Source: Antedon mediterranea (lineage: Eukaryota > Animalia > Echinodermata). Taken from it: a stretch of 64,000 nt of DNA. Location: the NCBI RefSeq assembly GCF_964355755.1, contig NC_092674.1:18290001-18354000 (forward strand), given 5' to 3'. Every line of letters starts with the position of its first letter. Positions within the stretch are counted from its first letter, which is position 1. The notes below the pieces were generated by a model. The model did no database searches. It saw only the letters and a list, made by a program, of their open reading frames with translations, and was not told the origin of the DNA. The position numbers and the translations under genes were made by a program. Positions 48,288 through 62,159 of the stretch are shown here, in pieces.

Positions 48288-51271
48288 ATTGGCTTTTCTG
48301 ATGTCTTTTTAAATTTTGGACCAAACAGTTCTTGCTTAGAATAGAATGCATCCCCCTGTTTCTTTGCAAGTGCAGAGCATTACAAAGATGTTGCAAATTT
48401 GCTCCTTAAGATGTTTTCTTTAAGTACCAATTATTCTACTATTTTTTGCTTCTTCTGTCTTAAAACGCAATCGCTTTTTTTAATTATGGCAAAGTAAGAT
48501 ATTTAATAGATCCCCATCTGCATTCAAAGTTTCTATTCCATTTTTCTGACATTTTATGTCAAGGAAATTGAATACTGTCTTGTCGAAAAAAAAAATACTG
48601 TAATTAGTAGTGGCAAGTTTGAAAATTACTGTATTACCTTAACAACCCCTTTTTGGATTCCGTTGATGTGTATCTTTTAACTGATGGTTCTTCATCCTAG
48701 TTAACACTAGGATGAAGTGTCCTTGTTATATGCTCATTGAATCTTGGAAACAGCATTCAAAAGATAAACATTATATAAAACATCATAAAAAGTTGTTGTC
48801 TCATAAATGATCGACATCAAACAGATGCAATGAAATAGCAAATTTGAAAGAGCAGAATGGAGATGCTGACTATACAGAAAACTACAGTATGACATTTATC
48901 ATTTTCATTTTAATTGAGATGAGTTTGTGGGAATGATGGGTTTGAATTGCCTGACCCACAATCAATCGCCTCATTAAAATATTGTTTTTATTCCTTTACC
49001 AATTTAAAGAGATAAAGTTCTAAAAGATGTAGTTTTAGAAAACACAAAACAAGATGTGCGCTTGAGTACAAATCAGTTTCGGAAATACAGTTGATGATCA
49101 CCTTTCATACGGTTCTGTAGAATATCTATTTTCATAAGATTTTGTAAATGGAAACTTAATGATAAATTTCAATGGTTTTTACATATATATCTACTCGTAA
49201 TGCACATAGGCTGTCTAAACCCAACCGCTAAGGAGATACAGGGCTTCAAAATGGTATTTTGAATTTATGCTAATTGACCCTCTTGAAGTCTGATTTTGGT
49301 GAACTTAGGATATCATGTTCATTTCAACAGGAAATTGTTAGAAAATTGTTTTCCTGCAGTTTCTACATTTTTTAGCATGGGATAATGCCATTTAAGCAGT
49401 TATAACATAATATATGACGTCACAACTACCTTATGACGTCATATTTACGTCATATGGTAATTTAAATGTGCTAATTGGGAAGTTTAATGTCACATTTATA
49501 TCTACTCGCAATGCACTTTGGTGGTCTAAAACCACCATTAAGGAGATATAGGGCTTCAAAATGATATAGTAAATAGCGGCCATTTTTAATTTATGCTAAT
49601 TAACAAACTTCCTGACGTCCGATTTTGGTAAACTTTGGAAATTATGTTCATTTCAACAAGGAGGAAACTTGTTTTTCTGCAGTTTCTAAATTGTTCGCAT
49701 AGTATAATGTCATTTAAACATTTATAACATAATTTATGACGTCACAACTACCATATGACGTCATAGGTACGTCCTATGGAAATTTAAATATGCCAGTTAG
49801 AATGTTTAATATCACATTTATATCTACTCGTAATGCATATAGGTGGTCTAAATCCAACCGTTAAGGAGATATGGGGCTTTAAAATAGCAAATGGTGGCCA
49901 TTTTGAATTTATGCTAATTAACCCACTTCCCGCTGTCCGATTTTGGTAAACTTTGGATATGATGTTCATGTTCACCATATCAACCAAATAAAACAAAAAC
50001 AAAATTCTGTTGCAATTTGTTCTAGGTTCAACCATATTTTTACTGGACTAATGATGTTTCATTGAATGTTGAATAGGCTGGCACTATTTAACTTACCGGT
50101 GGACAAATTTTAATGTGTTAATTTTTTTTTTTAAACTAGTTTTACTATTTACTGTATACATATTTATATATTCTTTTTATCAAATATTGTAAAATACTAC
50201 TTTTCAGCCTTTTGGCAGTTGTATTATTGATTTCTTTTTTATGAATAAATATTCCTGAATGTTGTTAACTATAAAATTAACATTTTATGAAATGTTAAGA
50301 AATTCTAGACCCCTAACGAGATGAAATGATACGATTTACTGCTTATGTCCTACCCGTTGGCTGGCAGCCAATTTGACCATTTTAAAAATTTTAATTACAG
50401 TAATTCTTAAAAAATTTTTTTTTTTGGCCATTTTTTTCCCTACATGATGTAACATAATAGTTAAATCCACTTTGACCAAAAATTGGATCGAAAAAATGTT
50501 TTTCAGGGGGACAATACATCTTTAAAAAACACAAATTATTATTGTGTAGATACAATTAAGCAAAGTTTTATTTATTTCCAACAAATAGTTCATGATTTTG
50601 CTTTAAATTTAATTTGAATAATATGAAAGGGCAATTACTTTTTAGATTTACAAAAAGCAGTTCAAAGTTCAAGTACAAAATCAAGTATGTTTGGAAGTTC
50701 TCAATCCTCGGTCATCATTCCAAAATCAGTTTCCTTACCAAGTGGACTCACTCTCCCTGTCAAAGGTATGCATGTTATAAGGAAAATGTTGGCAATATTT
50801 ATAAGTGTGTTTTATGCATAATGCATTTTGGAAATTGCAGACTGTCAAAAATGTCTAATTTCAAAAACCTTTGTGAGATGGGCTTCTACAGTTTACGTTA
50901 TAATAACATTTTTTTTGTAATAATCCCAAGAAGATGTGGGTGTCTTGTGCTGGGTATGCCTTTGCAAATAAAATGGATATGTGTATAAGAGTGGGAATTA
51001 AGAGAAACAAGCAATACAAAAAAATCAATCAGTTTGTATAGTATCAGTAAATAAAACTCAAAACCACAGAAGATCAAAGTACAGCAGCAAAAATCAAATT
51101 GCGACATTCGATTGTTATCTTTTAATAGTTTGATATTAGGTGTCGTTTAAATTTTTTTGGAAAATGATGTAATTGAAACAGCATTTGTAATTAGGGGTGG
51201 TAGACTGTTCATCATTGATGAACCAGAGTATCTAATACTGTTTTGAAAATAATTGGTGTTGTGGATAGGTA

Positions 51272-51591
51272 ATCCACAACACGTGTGGCGCAGTGTGTTG
51301 GACGTTCGACTACCGATCGTCAGACCTAGGTTCGAATCCAACTCTCGCCGCATTGCTTGTATCCGTAGGCAAGATACTTTACTTACGTTGCCTCTCTCCA
51401 CCCAGGTGTATAAATGGGTACCCAGTTAGATCTAGACACAACTTTGCGCTGGTTACCGGCTGCATTATGGGAGTATGTTTCCATACGTGTTTGATCCCAA
51501 AAAAAATACGGGGGTAATAATGCTTGTAAAGCGCCTTTGAGCATGATTACTCATGAAAAGGGCGCTATATAAATGTGGTATTATTATTATT
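51272..51591 (+). mobile_element. tRNA-derived CORE-like SINE with L2-type tail
   Basis: A box TGGCGCAGTG, B box GGTTCGAATCC, core GGCAAGATACTTTAC...GTATAAATGGGTA, tail GTAAAGCGCC...GCGCTATATAAAT..(TAT)n and TSD ATAGGTA. Removing it restores the host LINE frame. Confidence 0.85.
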
Positions 51592-53361
51592 ATAGGTATG
51601 TAAATATCTGTTCTAGAACGTGTAGGGTAATTGTGAATAGAAAAATTGGAAATAAACATATTGCTTAAATGATTTGGAAAAGTGTAATGCAGGGCTGAGA
51701 ATACAAATTTGCCTTGTTGCATTAAGTTTATATCAGTGAGTTTGAGGAGATTAAGGTTGGAAAGTAAATGGGAAGAATGGGACTACGATGGAGCGCCAGA
51801 TAGTTTACTGAGGTTGGATACGGAAGTGTTGGCCCAAACAATGTTACAGTAGCTCAAATAGGGAAGAATGAAGGAGCAGTAAAGGGTTCGAAGAATATTA
51901 AGGGGTACAAATGAGGATAACCTAGATATGATACCAATGCTTTTGGAAGTTTTATTCTCTACTTCTTTAATATGTTTTTCCACGTTAGATTGCTGTCAAT
52001 AGCTACACCTAAAAACTTAGCTGATTGTACACAAGATATATCATGGTTGTCTATGGTAATTTTGTTGGCCAATAAGTCAATAGATTTTAATAGTTGTCGG
52101 GTCCCAAAGTGGATGAAGCTACATTTTTTACCTATTTATTATATTGGGACAAATTGATCAAATTGGAGTTGACAGTATTGAATAAGGATTGGACATTTTT
52201 GTTTGAATAAAGTACTGTTGTGTCGTCAGCATAAAGGAAAAAATTTAGGAGCTTAAAAGAGACGTGAATATCATTGATGTATAGAATAAATAAGAGAGGG
52301 CCAAGTAGAGATCCTTGAGGGACGCTGCATGTGATTGGACTAAAATGGATATGGAGTAAGAGTATTTGGTACATTGGGCACGATTGTAGAGGTAACTTTT
52401 TAAGAGATTAATTGCTGATCCACGAATTCCATAGTGAGATAATTTGTGTAAAAGAATACTGTGGTCAATAGTATCAAAAGCCTTGGAAAGGTCTATGAAA
52501 ATGCCAATTGCAAGATGGCGGTTTTCAAAAGCGTCTATAATTTTATTTGTCAGGTCGATGAGAGCCATTGACGTGTTGTGTCTCTTTCTGAAACCGTATT
52601 GTCTGTTGAAAAGTATGTTGAATTTGTTAATAAATGAAAATATTCGGTCATAAATTACTCTTTCCAGGGCTTTCGAAAATATAGATAGATTGGAGATGGG
52701 TTGATAATTAGAGAGATCAGATTTTGGACCATATTTGTATATAGGGGTAACGCGCGCCAGCTTCATCCTCTCTGGGAACACACCGCTGGATAAGGCAAGA
52801 TTAAAAATATGACACAGGGGGAGGGAAATCAGGTCAGCAATGTATTTAATGGCCTTGGTATGAAAGTCGTCAATACCTGGAGATTTATTATTTTCAAAAG
52901 AAGTTATTATTTTGACTATTTCAAACTCATCAATTGGGTTAAGAAATATTGGATTTGGATTTGGTAAAAATTCTTTGAATGATTTGTTTACACGGGGAAT
53001 TTGATTAGCAAGGGTGGGGCCAATTTCGACAAAGTATTTATTAAACGCATTAGAAATTTTCTTCTGATCTTCGGTCAATTCGCCATCGCAATTAAAGGGA
53101 GTATTGGATTGTTGTTTTTGTTAATCAGAGAATTAATTGTCTTCCAAGTTGCCTTGATATCATTTTTATGTTTGTGAAATATATTTTGGAAGTAATTAGC
53201 TTTAGAAATTTTGATTACAGAGTTCAATTTATTGTGGTATAGTTTATAAGCTTTTTCATTTACGGGAGTCGGACGGTGAAGAAATTTGGCATATAATTTC
53301 TGCTTATATTTTATAGATTTGAGTTAGCCGTCAGACATCCATGATTTTATTTTTTTGTCTT

Positions 53362-56300
53362 TTTAGTTTAGTTTAGTTTAGTTTAGTTATAATGGGAAAG
53401 TTTAGGCGATGTGCCTTTTTAACCCCATATCAACTACATTGTGTCGATGCGATTCTTGAAGGTGTTAGTGGTCTCAGAATTAACAACGTCAGCTGGTAAA
53501 CTGTTACAATGGTTTATTACTCGTTGTGAGAAGGTATGTCTTCTACAGTTCAATCCTTTATGGAAAATAGGCTTGAAAAATCTCAGGTGATGTCCTCGAG
53601 TAATTCGGCTAATGTTACTTCTCATTTGGAAAAAGTCATCCTTGGCTACACCCTCGAAATCTTTAACAATTTTATATGCTTCAATCAGGTCACCTCGAAT
53701 TCTTCTGTCGTACAAGGTTGTTAGGCCAAGAAGCTTTAGTCGATCTTCATATGAATATGAACGGATACATGGAACTAATTTAGTCGCACGACGTTGTACT
53801 CTTTCAATTACATTTATGTCCTTTTGAAGATACGGATTCCATACTTGAACACAAAATTCGAGATGTGGGCGTACATAATGCTTGTAGATGACGTTAAAAC
53901 AATCCTTATCCATATATACGAAAGTACTTCTGATGCTTCTTAAACAGTTCATGGCCCGCTGAGATACTTTGGCGCAGTGTTGGCTTGGTTTACAGTCATT
54001 AGTAATTAGTACTCCTAGGTCCTTTATTTTCTCAACTGTTTCCAGTTCAACTTCATCTATTTGATATTTAAAATGAACATTTGAATGTCCGAACCCTACC
54101 CCACTGCAGTGCATTGTTTAAAGATTCTTGTAATAATTGTCCATCATTTCTGTTGTTAACTACTGAGTAGATCTTTGTATCATCAGCAAATAGCTTTATA
54201 TGACTATAGACACATACTTTGGTAGGTCGTTTATATATAATGAAAACAATGTAGGGCCCAACACAGAGCCTTGTGGAACTCCACTAATTACATCAGCCCA
54301 ACTGGAAGAAGCATGACGCACTTTGACTCTTTGTTGTCTGTTATCAAGAAAATCTTTGATCCATAATAACAATTGACCTTTGATTCCATAGCTCTCCAAT
54401 TTCATGAGTAATCTCCTATGAGGAACGCTGTCGAAGGCTTTACTATAGTCCAAAAATATGACATCAACATTATTGTTGTCATCCAAAGCCTTAGTAACAT
54501 CTTCCATAAATTCTAAAAGATTTGTCAGACATGATTTCTTCTCAACAAAACCATGTTGCTCTGTTGTTAGTATTGCATTGTTCTTAACATGTCGTAGTAT
54601 GTTGTTGCGAATAATATGTTCAAAGATCTTGCAAATAATACATGTTAGGCTTATCGGTCGATAATTGGACGCTTGTGATTTGCTGCCTTTCTTAAAGATC
54701 GGAGAGACATCAGCTCGTTTCCATATTTTTGGTAGTTTACCTTCCTCTGTAGACTTCTTGAATAAAAGATACAAGGGTTCTGATAACTCCTCAGCACACT
54801 TATTAAGTAGAGATGGATGGATGTTGTCTGGACCAGGACTTTTATCGATTTTCACACCTCGGAGTTGTTTAAAAACATCTTCTTGGGAGAACTCAATATT
54901 TTCAACTTATTTGTCACAAGTATCATAATTAAAATTGGTTATGTCTTCGTCAGGATCTTCTTGGGTGAAAAATGTTTGGAAGCATTTGTTGAGTTCCTCA
55001 CTAATTTCGTAGTCAGTTTCCGAGGTTAACCCATCATTATTTACTAATTTTGTTATTCCAGTCTTTACTTTCTGTTTCGATCTAACATACTTATGAAAGT
55101 TCTTTGGTTTTTTTTTTAATTCCATCAAGATTTTTTTTTCGAAAGTAGCTTGAGCGTTCCTTACAGCTTGCCTAGTACGATTGTTCTGTTTCTTGTAAGC
55201 CATATGATCTCTCTCATTCTGTGTTTCTCTGAAGCTTTTGTACAGTTGATATTTCTTTTTTACTGATTTTTTAACAGCTGATGTCATTCAGGGTTTATTC
55301 TGACCTTTACTACGAGTACTTCCAAATGTAGGAATATATAACTCAGTCATATTACACAATACTTCATTAATACTGTTGTACATTTCATCGGTAGTTTGAT
55401 TATCAAATTCATTGGACCAATTAATATTACTCAGATCACGTTTTATGCTTATATAATCGCCTTTGTTGTAGTTGTGAAATGACTTGGTTTCCTTACTGGG
55501 AATATCAAGTTTGTAGACGTACTGCCAAAACAAACAATCGTGGTCACTTTTCCCTAAAGGGGGTAAATGTAGTAGGTTAGATACCTGAAAATCATCATCA
55601 GTAATAATGAGGTCCAATTGGGATGATCTTTGTCCATCTCTGTGTCGTGTATTACTCTTGACATGTTGCACCAAGTATAAATCGTTGATTATTTCAAAAA
55701 AAGTGTTGCGGAGGATGTGTAGCGCTAGCATTAACCAACATATCCTTCCAATTAATTTCTTTAAGGTTAAAATCTCCAATTATCAACACGTGGTCCGATT
55801 GTACTGATTCAATAGAGCGTAGTTGGTAAAACAATTGTTCATTTTCATCAGGTGTGTTATACATACTCCTATAGCAAAGACCTATCAGAACTTTATTATG
55901 TTTATCAACTTCCACAGTACACCATAGCGATTCAGGATTTAATTGACACAATTCATTACAAATGGTAACATGTAGTTTCTCATTAACATATAATAACAGT
56001 CCACCATGCGCTTTATTCGCTCTTTCCATGCGAAACAAATTATAACCTTTCATTGCTATTTCAGCGTCTAGCACATTATCGCTCAACCATGTTTCAGTAA
56101 TACCAATTATGTGCGGTTTCCTTTCTTCTATCAAAACAAAAAATTCGCTTCGTTTGTTCAAAAACCCTTCTGCGTTGGTATAAAAACAACTTAAATATTC
56201 TTCTTGGGGTGCAAGTTCAAAATCATGTTCAACAAAAGTATTGTCTCTGAACGAAATATCTTCTTCTAAATCAAAATCTTCTTGTAAAAATAAAGGTGCT

Positions 56301-57400
56301 GTGCGATTAGGTTCATTTGTATTCTTAGTGGTCTTCCCCTTCCTTATAATAACGTTCTCACCTTTATCTCTACGTAGCCTTAACTGAGCTCTCAATTTAT
56401 TACTTTCTTCTCTTTGAGATGGTGTGAGATCCGGTGTGAGGAATATTCTATCGTAGCCTTTATTTACCGCTTGCTTTAAGCCTTTAGCTTTTTTCAAAAT
56501 TTCTCTCTTGACTTCAACTCCATCTACAGTTATTCGAAGCAATCGTGGTTTCTCATCATTTCGCTTAGTTCCAAGTCTAATCGGTTTTGATATTGTCGTA
56601 TTTACATTAAAAAAATTAAGTACTTCAATAGCCTTTACTCTATCTTGTTCCTTCCTCGCATCTACGTCATCAGTTTCCACTTCCGGCACATTATGCAGTA
56701 TGATATTATTTTCTCTTCTTTGTCTATCAAATCTCTCATCTATGTAGACTTTCACTTTTTCTTCCACTATCTTTTCAATATTCTCATCTTTCTTTTCTAT
56801 AGATTCAAAAAGTTTCTGAATTGTCATAGTGATATTATCTAACCGTTCAGTTAGTTTCACAAAGTTCTCTTCACCACATGGCCTATTTTCGCCATCTTTA
56901 ACCAACTTAGAAACTTGACCTGAGCAGCTATCACAGAACCACATTAGATTGTGTCTACCCTTTTCAAGGGCCTTATATTCAGAATTATTCATACCTGAAC
57001 AGGTTTGATGTGTCCATTCTAAACATTTCTGGCATTCAATTGACTTTTCTCCACCAATAATGTCGTCCTTACAACAACTACACTTCACAGTTTCATTGTC
57101 GCTGTTCCCGGTAGCTAGGCCTACGTTATCACTCACATGTCTGTCGCGACGACTCTTGTCGCGAGTCTCACCACTCGGCGCTGATTTTACGCTACCGCGA
57201 CTTGGGCCTGAGTTTTTATTACTCATAATCTTGAAACAGGTTTCGAGTTCGTATATCTAATATGTGTAGTAGTATATAGGGTTTACTTAACACACACACC
57301 CCACAAAAACAGACCCAAAAACTCTGTAAAACTATACTAAAAAACAGAATATTCTGCGTCCTTTCTCTCAAAGCATGTGGATTCGATGAACCGCCCTCTA
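53362..57400 (-). mobile_element. Near full-length CR1 LINE (PHD-finger ORF1, APE, RT) with stops and frameshifts
   Basis: PHD CSCC...CQKCLEWTHQTC...WFCDSC, IIGITETWL, KSPGPD, FLDYSKAFDSVPH, GVPQGSVLGP, IERVQRRATK; (CTAAA)n 3' tail. Confidence 0.9.
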
Positions 57401-59189
57401 TCTATAGTGTTATAGTTATAGTGTTGTATTGAGAGGGGGAAGTTTTTGTTGTCTCAAGTTTGGAAAGTCAATTTGATTGCTTATGATATTGTCTAACAGG
57501 GTAGCTGTAGTTTTGGTAATACGAGATGGTCTGTGAATGCGGGGAAGGTAATGATTGCTAAATAAGGAATTAACAAAGTGTCGGGCATCGTTATCTGATT
57601 CATATTTAAGGATATCAATATTGAAGTCTCCGAGAATGTACACAATTTTGTTTTCTCTTGATAGTTTTGGTAAGACAGATTCAAGTTTGTTCGTAAATTG
57701 AAGAGGGTCAAGGGATGGTGATCTATATACTGTACCAATGACAATGTTTTTAGAGTTAATAGGTCTATTAATCTCAATAAAAATGGATTCACAAATAGAG
57801 GGATGAAGATGAAGATCATGTCTTGTATTAAATTGGAGACCATCACGAATATACATGGCAACCCCACCGCCATCTTTATGAGTTCGGTGATTAGAGACAA
57901 AATGGTAGTTGGGGAGTTGAACCAAGGGATTATCGTACTTAAGCCATGTTTCGCTTACGCCAATTACATCGAATGGTAAATTAAGTAATGTTAAAAGCTG
58001 TTTCATGTCGTCAAAATGTTTTAAAATGTTCCTTGAATTAAAATGGATAGTAGAGAAACATTCGCTTAGTATACAGAAAATTCATTAGGATCGTAATATT
58101 GGGAGGTGCTCATGTTGCTATTTGAAAAAAATTGTGAATCAGGGTCAATATTGGAGGTAAAGTTATCTGGGTTGTTTGAAGATGGAGAAAACAATAAACT
58201 GGATAATTGTTCGGAATTTGATGTGTTGTAGACTGAACCACAGTGGTTATGAGACATGATAGTACAATACAAGATACAAAAGGATAACAATTAAAACAAA
58301 TTCAAGTCAAGGGAACGGGGGAACCTTAACAAAGCTTATAAGTTATCCTAATTTAAAACGGCGTGTACCGCGCTACTATGTGTCCAATTTTCCTCCAAAT
58401 CTAATATATTTTTGCTCAAATAATTATCTTCCGAAATTGTCATTTTCATGATTGGTTTTGGTAGCATCATCATTACCAAAAAATTAGAACATGTGGGTCC
58501 CGTAATTTCACCAATGCTACACTGTATACTGTATATATTTTATTATGGATGTTAATAACTAATTGCGAGGCACCCGAGACAAGTCAAAGATTTATGCAAG
58601 GCATTGCTTTACCATCAACAAACTATCATTGAAATTGACAATATTTATTATAATATTAAGTTTGTTATTGTCTTAGCTCCACCCTAAACATGGTGGGCTG
58701 GTCCTATAGACTTATAATTTCGTTTCATATTTCAGTAAACTGCAATTTCCAGGGACCTAGCAGCTCTATTTATCTATTTTTCATGGTAGAAGGGACTTAT
58801 ATTTTGTTTCAAGTATAATTTCCGGGGACCTGCCAACTCTATTTTTCTAAATTTTCTTAGCACCACAATTATGGCGGGCTGGTCGTTTCATATAATATCA
58901 ATTTATAAGTCCAATTTCCAGGACCTAGAAGCTTTATTTTTCAAAATGTTATAGATCAGCCCGCATTTAAAATGTTCACACCCACAGACAGCATCCAGCC
59001 TATACGTCTCTGGCCATATAACGTAATATTGTTATAGTTTATGGGGTCTATATTTTCGAGATTTCTTGAAAACTGAGTTTTCACATGCCTACACACACAA
59101 GAAAATACTCATGGTAGTAAGTTTTTTAAACCCTACATGATGTTTGTGTGCATTATTGAACCTTTTTTTTTTCTTGTATTTGTTCACAG

Positions 59190-59449
59190 GATCTGAAGAT
59201 GCTGACAGTATTGAAAACTGTCTTAAACGAAAATGCTCAAATTCTTGGTCATCACAGTCCAGAGCAATCATTGAGAAAACAAAGGCTGGTATTAACTTAA
59301 CATCAAATACAAAACCAATTATGGTTGGTCCAAACAACACACAGATTTATTCCGCTTCAACAGCAGTGTGTGAGGGTTTAGTAGAGATAACAGGAACAAA
59401 AAGCATGGCACTACCAGTTTCACCACAACCTCAAATTGGCAAACAAAAG
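59190..59449 (+). CDS. EMSY: EMSY internal exon
   Basis: Polypyrimidine-CAG acceptor and an open frame ending ...IGKQK before a GT donor. Joins in phase 0 to VIIV at 63592, recalling EMSY TQKVIIVTT. Confidence 0.65.
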
Positions 59450-61018
59450 GTAGAGTAAGCTTATCTAAATCTTTGAACTAATTAGGTGATCTTTTAAGAT
59501 AAATCTTGTATAAATCTTTATTCATTTCTTTCTGTACAGCGGATTTTGTGTAAAAATTCTCGCTCCATTATGGGAAATCCCCTCGGGTGTACCCCACCCC
59601 CCAACAACTTGATTGCCCTTTTAACAATATTAATATTAAAAACGTATGTGAGAACATTTTGAAAAAATATACTCAATCATAATCATAACAGTATGGCCCT
59701 TAGCCAATAATCCATTTAATATAATATTGTTGGAGAATTTGGAGCCAGGAGTAAAACGCAGGAGTCAAGCAAATTGTCGACCAGAGATGGCAAACATAGG
59801 TACCTGTATTATAAATAAATCACAAACTATATCTTTGGTAAAATAAAAAAGGCAATTGAAAATACACTGGAAGCGGTGGTATTACCTTTTTATTAGCCTA
59901 GAAGTAATAAAAGTAAAATTTTCCTTCTGGCTATACAGAATAGCCAAGAAATTGTCATAATGCACAATGGGCTAGGTCTATTCTAGTTTGAAAGGCCACT
60001 TCAGGAAAAGGGAGTTCGTTTGAACCATACAAAAAAAAACCCTGGCTACGGGCTTGCGTACTGTAGATACCTTGCATGTTTTTCTACATTCAACATGGCT
60101 TCTGGCTTCAAGTATTCAAATAAATCTAATTAACTCTTGACTATTTCCCTGAAACTGAGCTGATGAAGCATAGTCCAGTATATGTTGATTAAGAGTTGAA
60201 CCAGAAGTTTGCAAGAATGTTTGTTATAAATGAAGATTGACGCCAAAGATATTTCAACCTGGAATTAGCTTTCTTTACAACAGATTTTGCAAACTGGTTA
60301 CCATTTCCCAATAGAAATCCCCAAATATTTGATACAAATCCAAATGGGTGTCGTGTTTCCACAAAATATCAACGAAAAATACACTCACAATTTTTGTGTC
60401 CGAGCGCATCATTTAATTTCGAGATGTGCACTTTTTGTGTCCGTAAGCAGCTGCAGTTATTTTATTATATAACTTAATTCATATTCATATTTTATCATTA
60501 AAATGGTTTTAATCTGCCGACTGATATATATACATACTTCAACGTGCACCTCTCATGCACTTCACACTTTCATATCCCATTTGATCCAGTATTGTGCTTT
60601 TACACTATTTAATCATCATTATTAAGGCAGACAAAGTTACGGGTTACTACTACTGTATAATCATGGAGCTATAAAATTAGCTCCATGCTATAATAGACCA
60701 CAATTTAATTACAGTAATAGCAAATAGCTAACAAATCTCCCACACAAAAAAACTGAAAAATATCAAAACCATTGAAATAAAATTTATGTATCAAATAATT
60801 AATACACCACGAAAAACACCCAAAATAAATAGCTTGGCATTTTATACTTTCGTTGGTGTTTGCGTGCATCATCTAATTCGCACAGCACCATTTTCCTTTA
60901 GCGTCTTTTATTTTCGCAAAGTTTGAACTGTCAAAAGTATCCAGTATTACTTTCATTTTTTAGTCTACATATATTTCAAAGTGAATGGATAGTGTATAAC
61001 AAAATGAATGGCCGTTAA

Positions 61019-61974
61019 CACTTTGACTGCTAGAGGTTTTTCCAGTTAGAAACTACCACCGCCAGCGTTTTTAGCCTATTTCGATGTTTTTATTTAAGCT
61101 GATAATTGAAACTATGTATGTGATCTGATTGATATGTAATTTAGACTAAAATAATCATAAAGATTTTAGCTTTACAATGGTACCAAGAATGATTTTCAAA
61201 TCACAATATGTAAATCGTAATAGTAAATTAAATGTAACCCACTTTTTTAGTTTTTTCGTGGTTTTGTGCAAGAAAGTCGTCGAGATATTCGCGATTTTGT
61301 GCAAACAAGACATCACAATATGAAATTATCGCCTGGTGAGATCAACAAACAAAGTTAACATTACTTACACGGCATCGATAGGCCTATAAAAAAAATTCAC
61401 TATCTGAAAATGTATTGCATTTATAAATAATATAAATCTTATGTCGAAGTTTCGCCAAAATCAACATAGGTGTAGTAAAGACACGAGGCCTAGTCAACCA
61501 GGGCTAAAGTTGGTCCGGAATCATTTTGCAACTATAGGCCTAGGCCTAGCCTTGATTACAACTAGACTAGTAAACTGATGATAATATCCATACCATTTCC
61601 AAACAGGTCACTTAGTGAAAAAGCGAAACAATTAGGGTATACGTACAATAATAAATAATAAAATTAAAGACTTCATATTCAAAATGACACAATTATTTTG
61701 TATTCAGATAACAAACAAACATGCCAATCCAGAAAAACCTTTGTAATGCTTCTGCGGCCTAGCTAGCGCGGCCGTTACACGACGCGCCAAGCCATCGCTC
61801 TACGCGCTACTGTGATGCACGGGGTATGTTGCTGTCTCGACAGGTACCATTTTGACAGTTGTTTCGTATTCCAGATTAGTTACTTTCAAATAGTAAATTA
61901 TTTACGGTCCAGACCGAATATAGTGTCCATATTAATGTTTGGCAGTCAAGCGTTTGTGTTTGGCAGTCAAAGTG
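61019..61974. mobile_element. piggyBac-like MITE
   Basis: TIRs CACTTTGACTGC / GCAGTCAAAGTG flanked by TTAA and TTTA. Confidence 0.65.
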
Positions 61975-62159
61975 TTTATGCAGTAGTTCCGAATTTTATT
62001 CTTGATACAATTTGTTTTTGTTATTTTAATAATTTGTGAAAGTACTTTTATCAGAGTGCGCTTTTATATACTTGCCCATGCAAAGTATATAACCCACATA
62101 AGGCAGAAAAAACCGTGCGGAGCAAGGGTTACTGCTAGTTTAAGATATTAGTCACAAGG

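Larger units (their letters stand above)
42583..50050. mobile_element. Long-TIR DNA element (TAG...CTA ends, Academ-like) interrupted by the Gypsy element
   Basis: 42583-43300 is the inverted counterpart of 49185-50050, with ~300-bp internal subrepeats. Ends TAGTCCAGTAAA / TTTACTGGACTA, flanked by ATG on both sides. Confidence 0.6.
51050..58290 (-). mobile_element. L2/Crack-like LINE, interrupted by a SINE and a CR1
   Basis: APE part 57416..58260 (IDPD, VIGVSETWL, GGGVAMYI, LGDFNID). RT part 51100..53360 (IFIDLSKAFDTIDH, VPQGSLLGPLLF, YADDT). Frameshifted. Confidence 0.85.

Noticed and set aside
48820-48890. Candidate missing EMSY exon ending at a GTATGA donor
   Set aside because: No polypyrimidine tract before a phase-compatible acceptor and no recognisable similarity.
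51283-51350. Possible tRNA gene
   Set aside because: A and B boxes are present but form the head of a SINE with core, tail and TSD; no intact acceptor stem was seen.
37820-60056. Pairing the MITE ends at 37820 and 60056 into one giant element carrying EMSY exons
   Set aside because: Flanks do not match as a TSD; independent partial copies are more likely.
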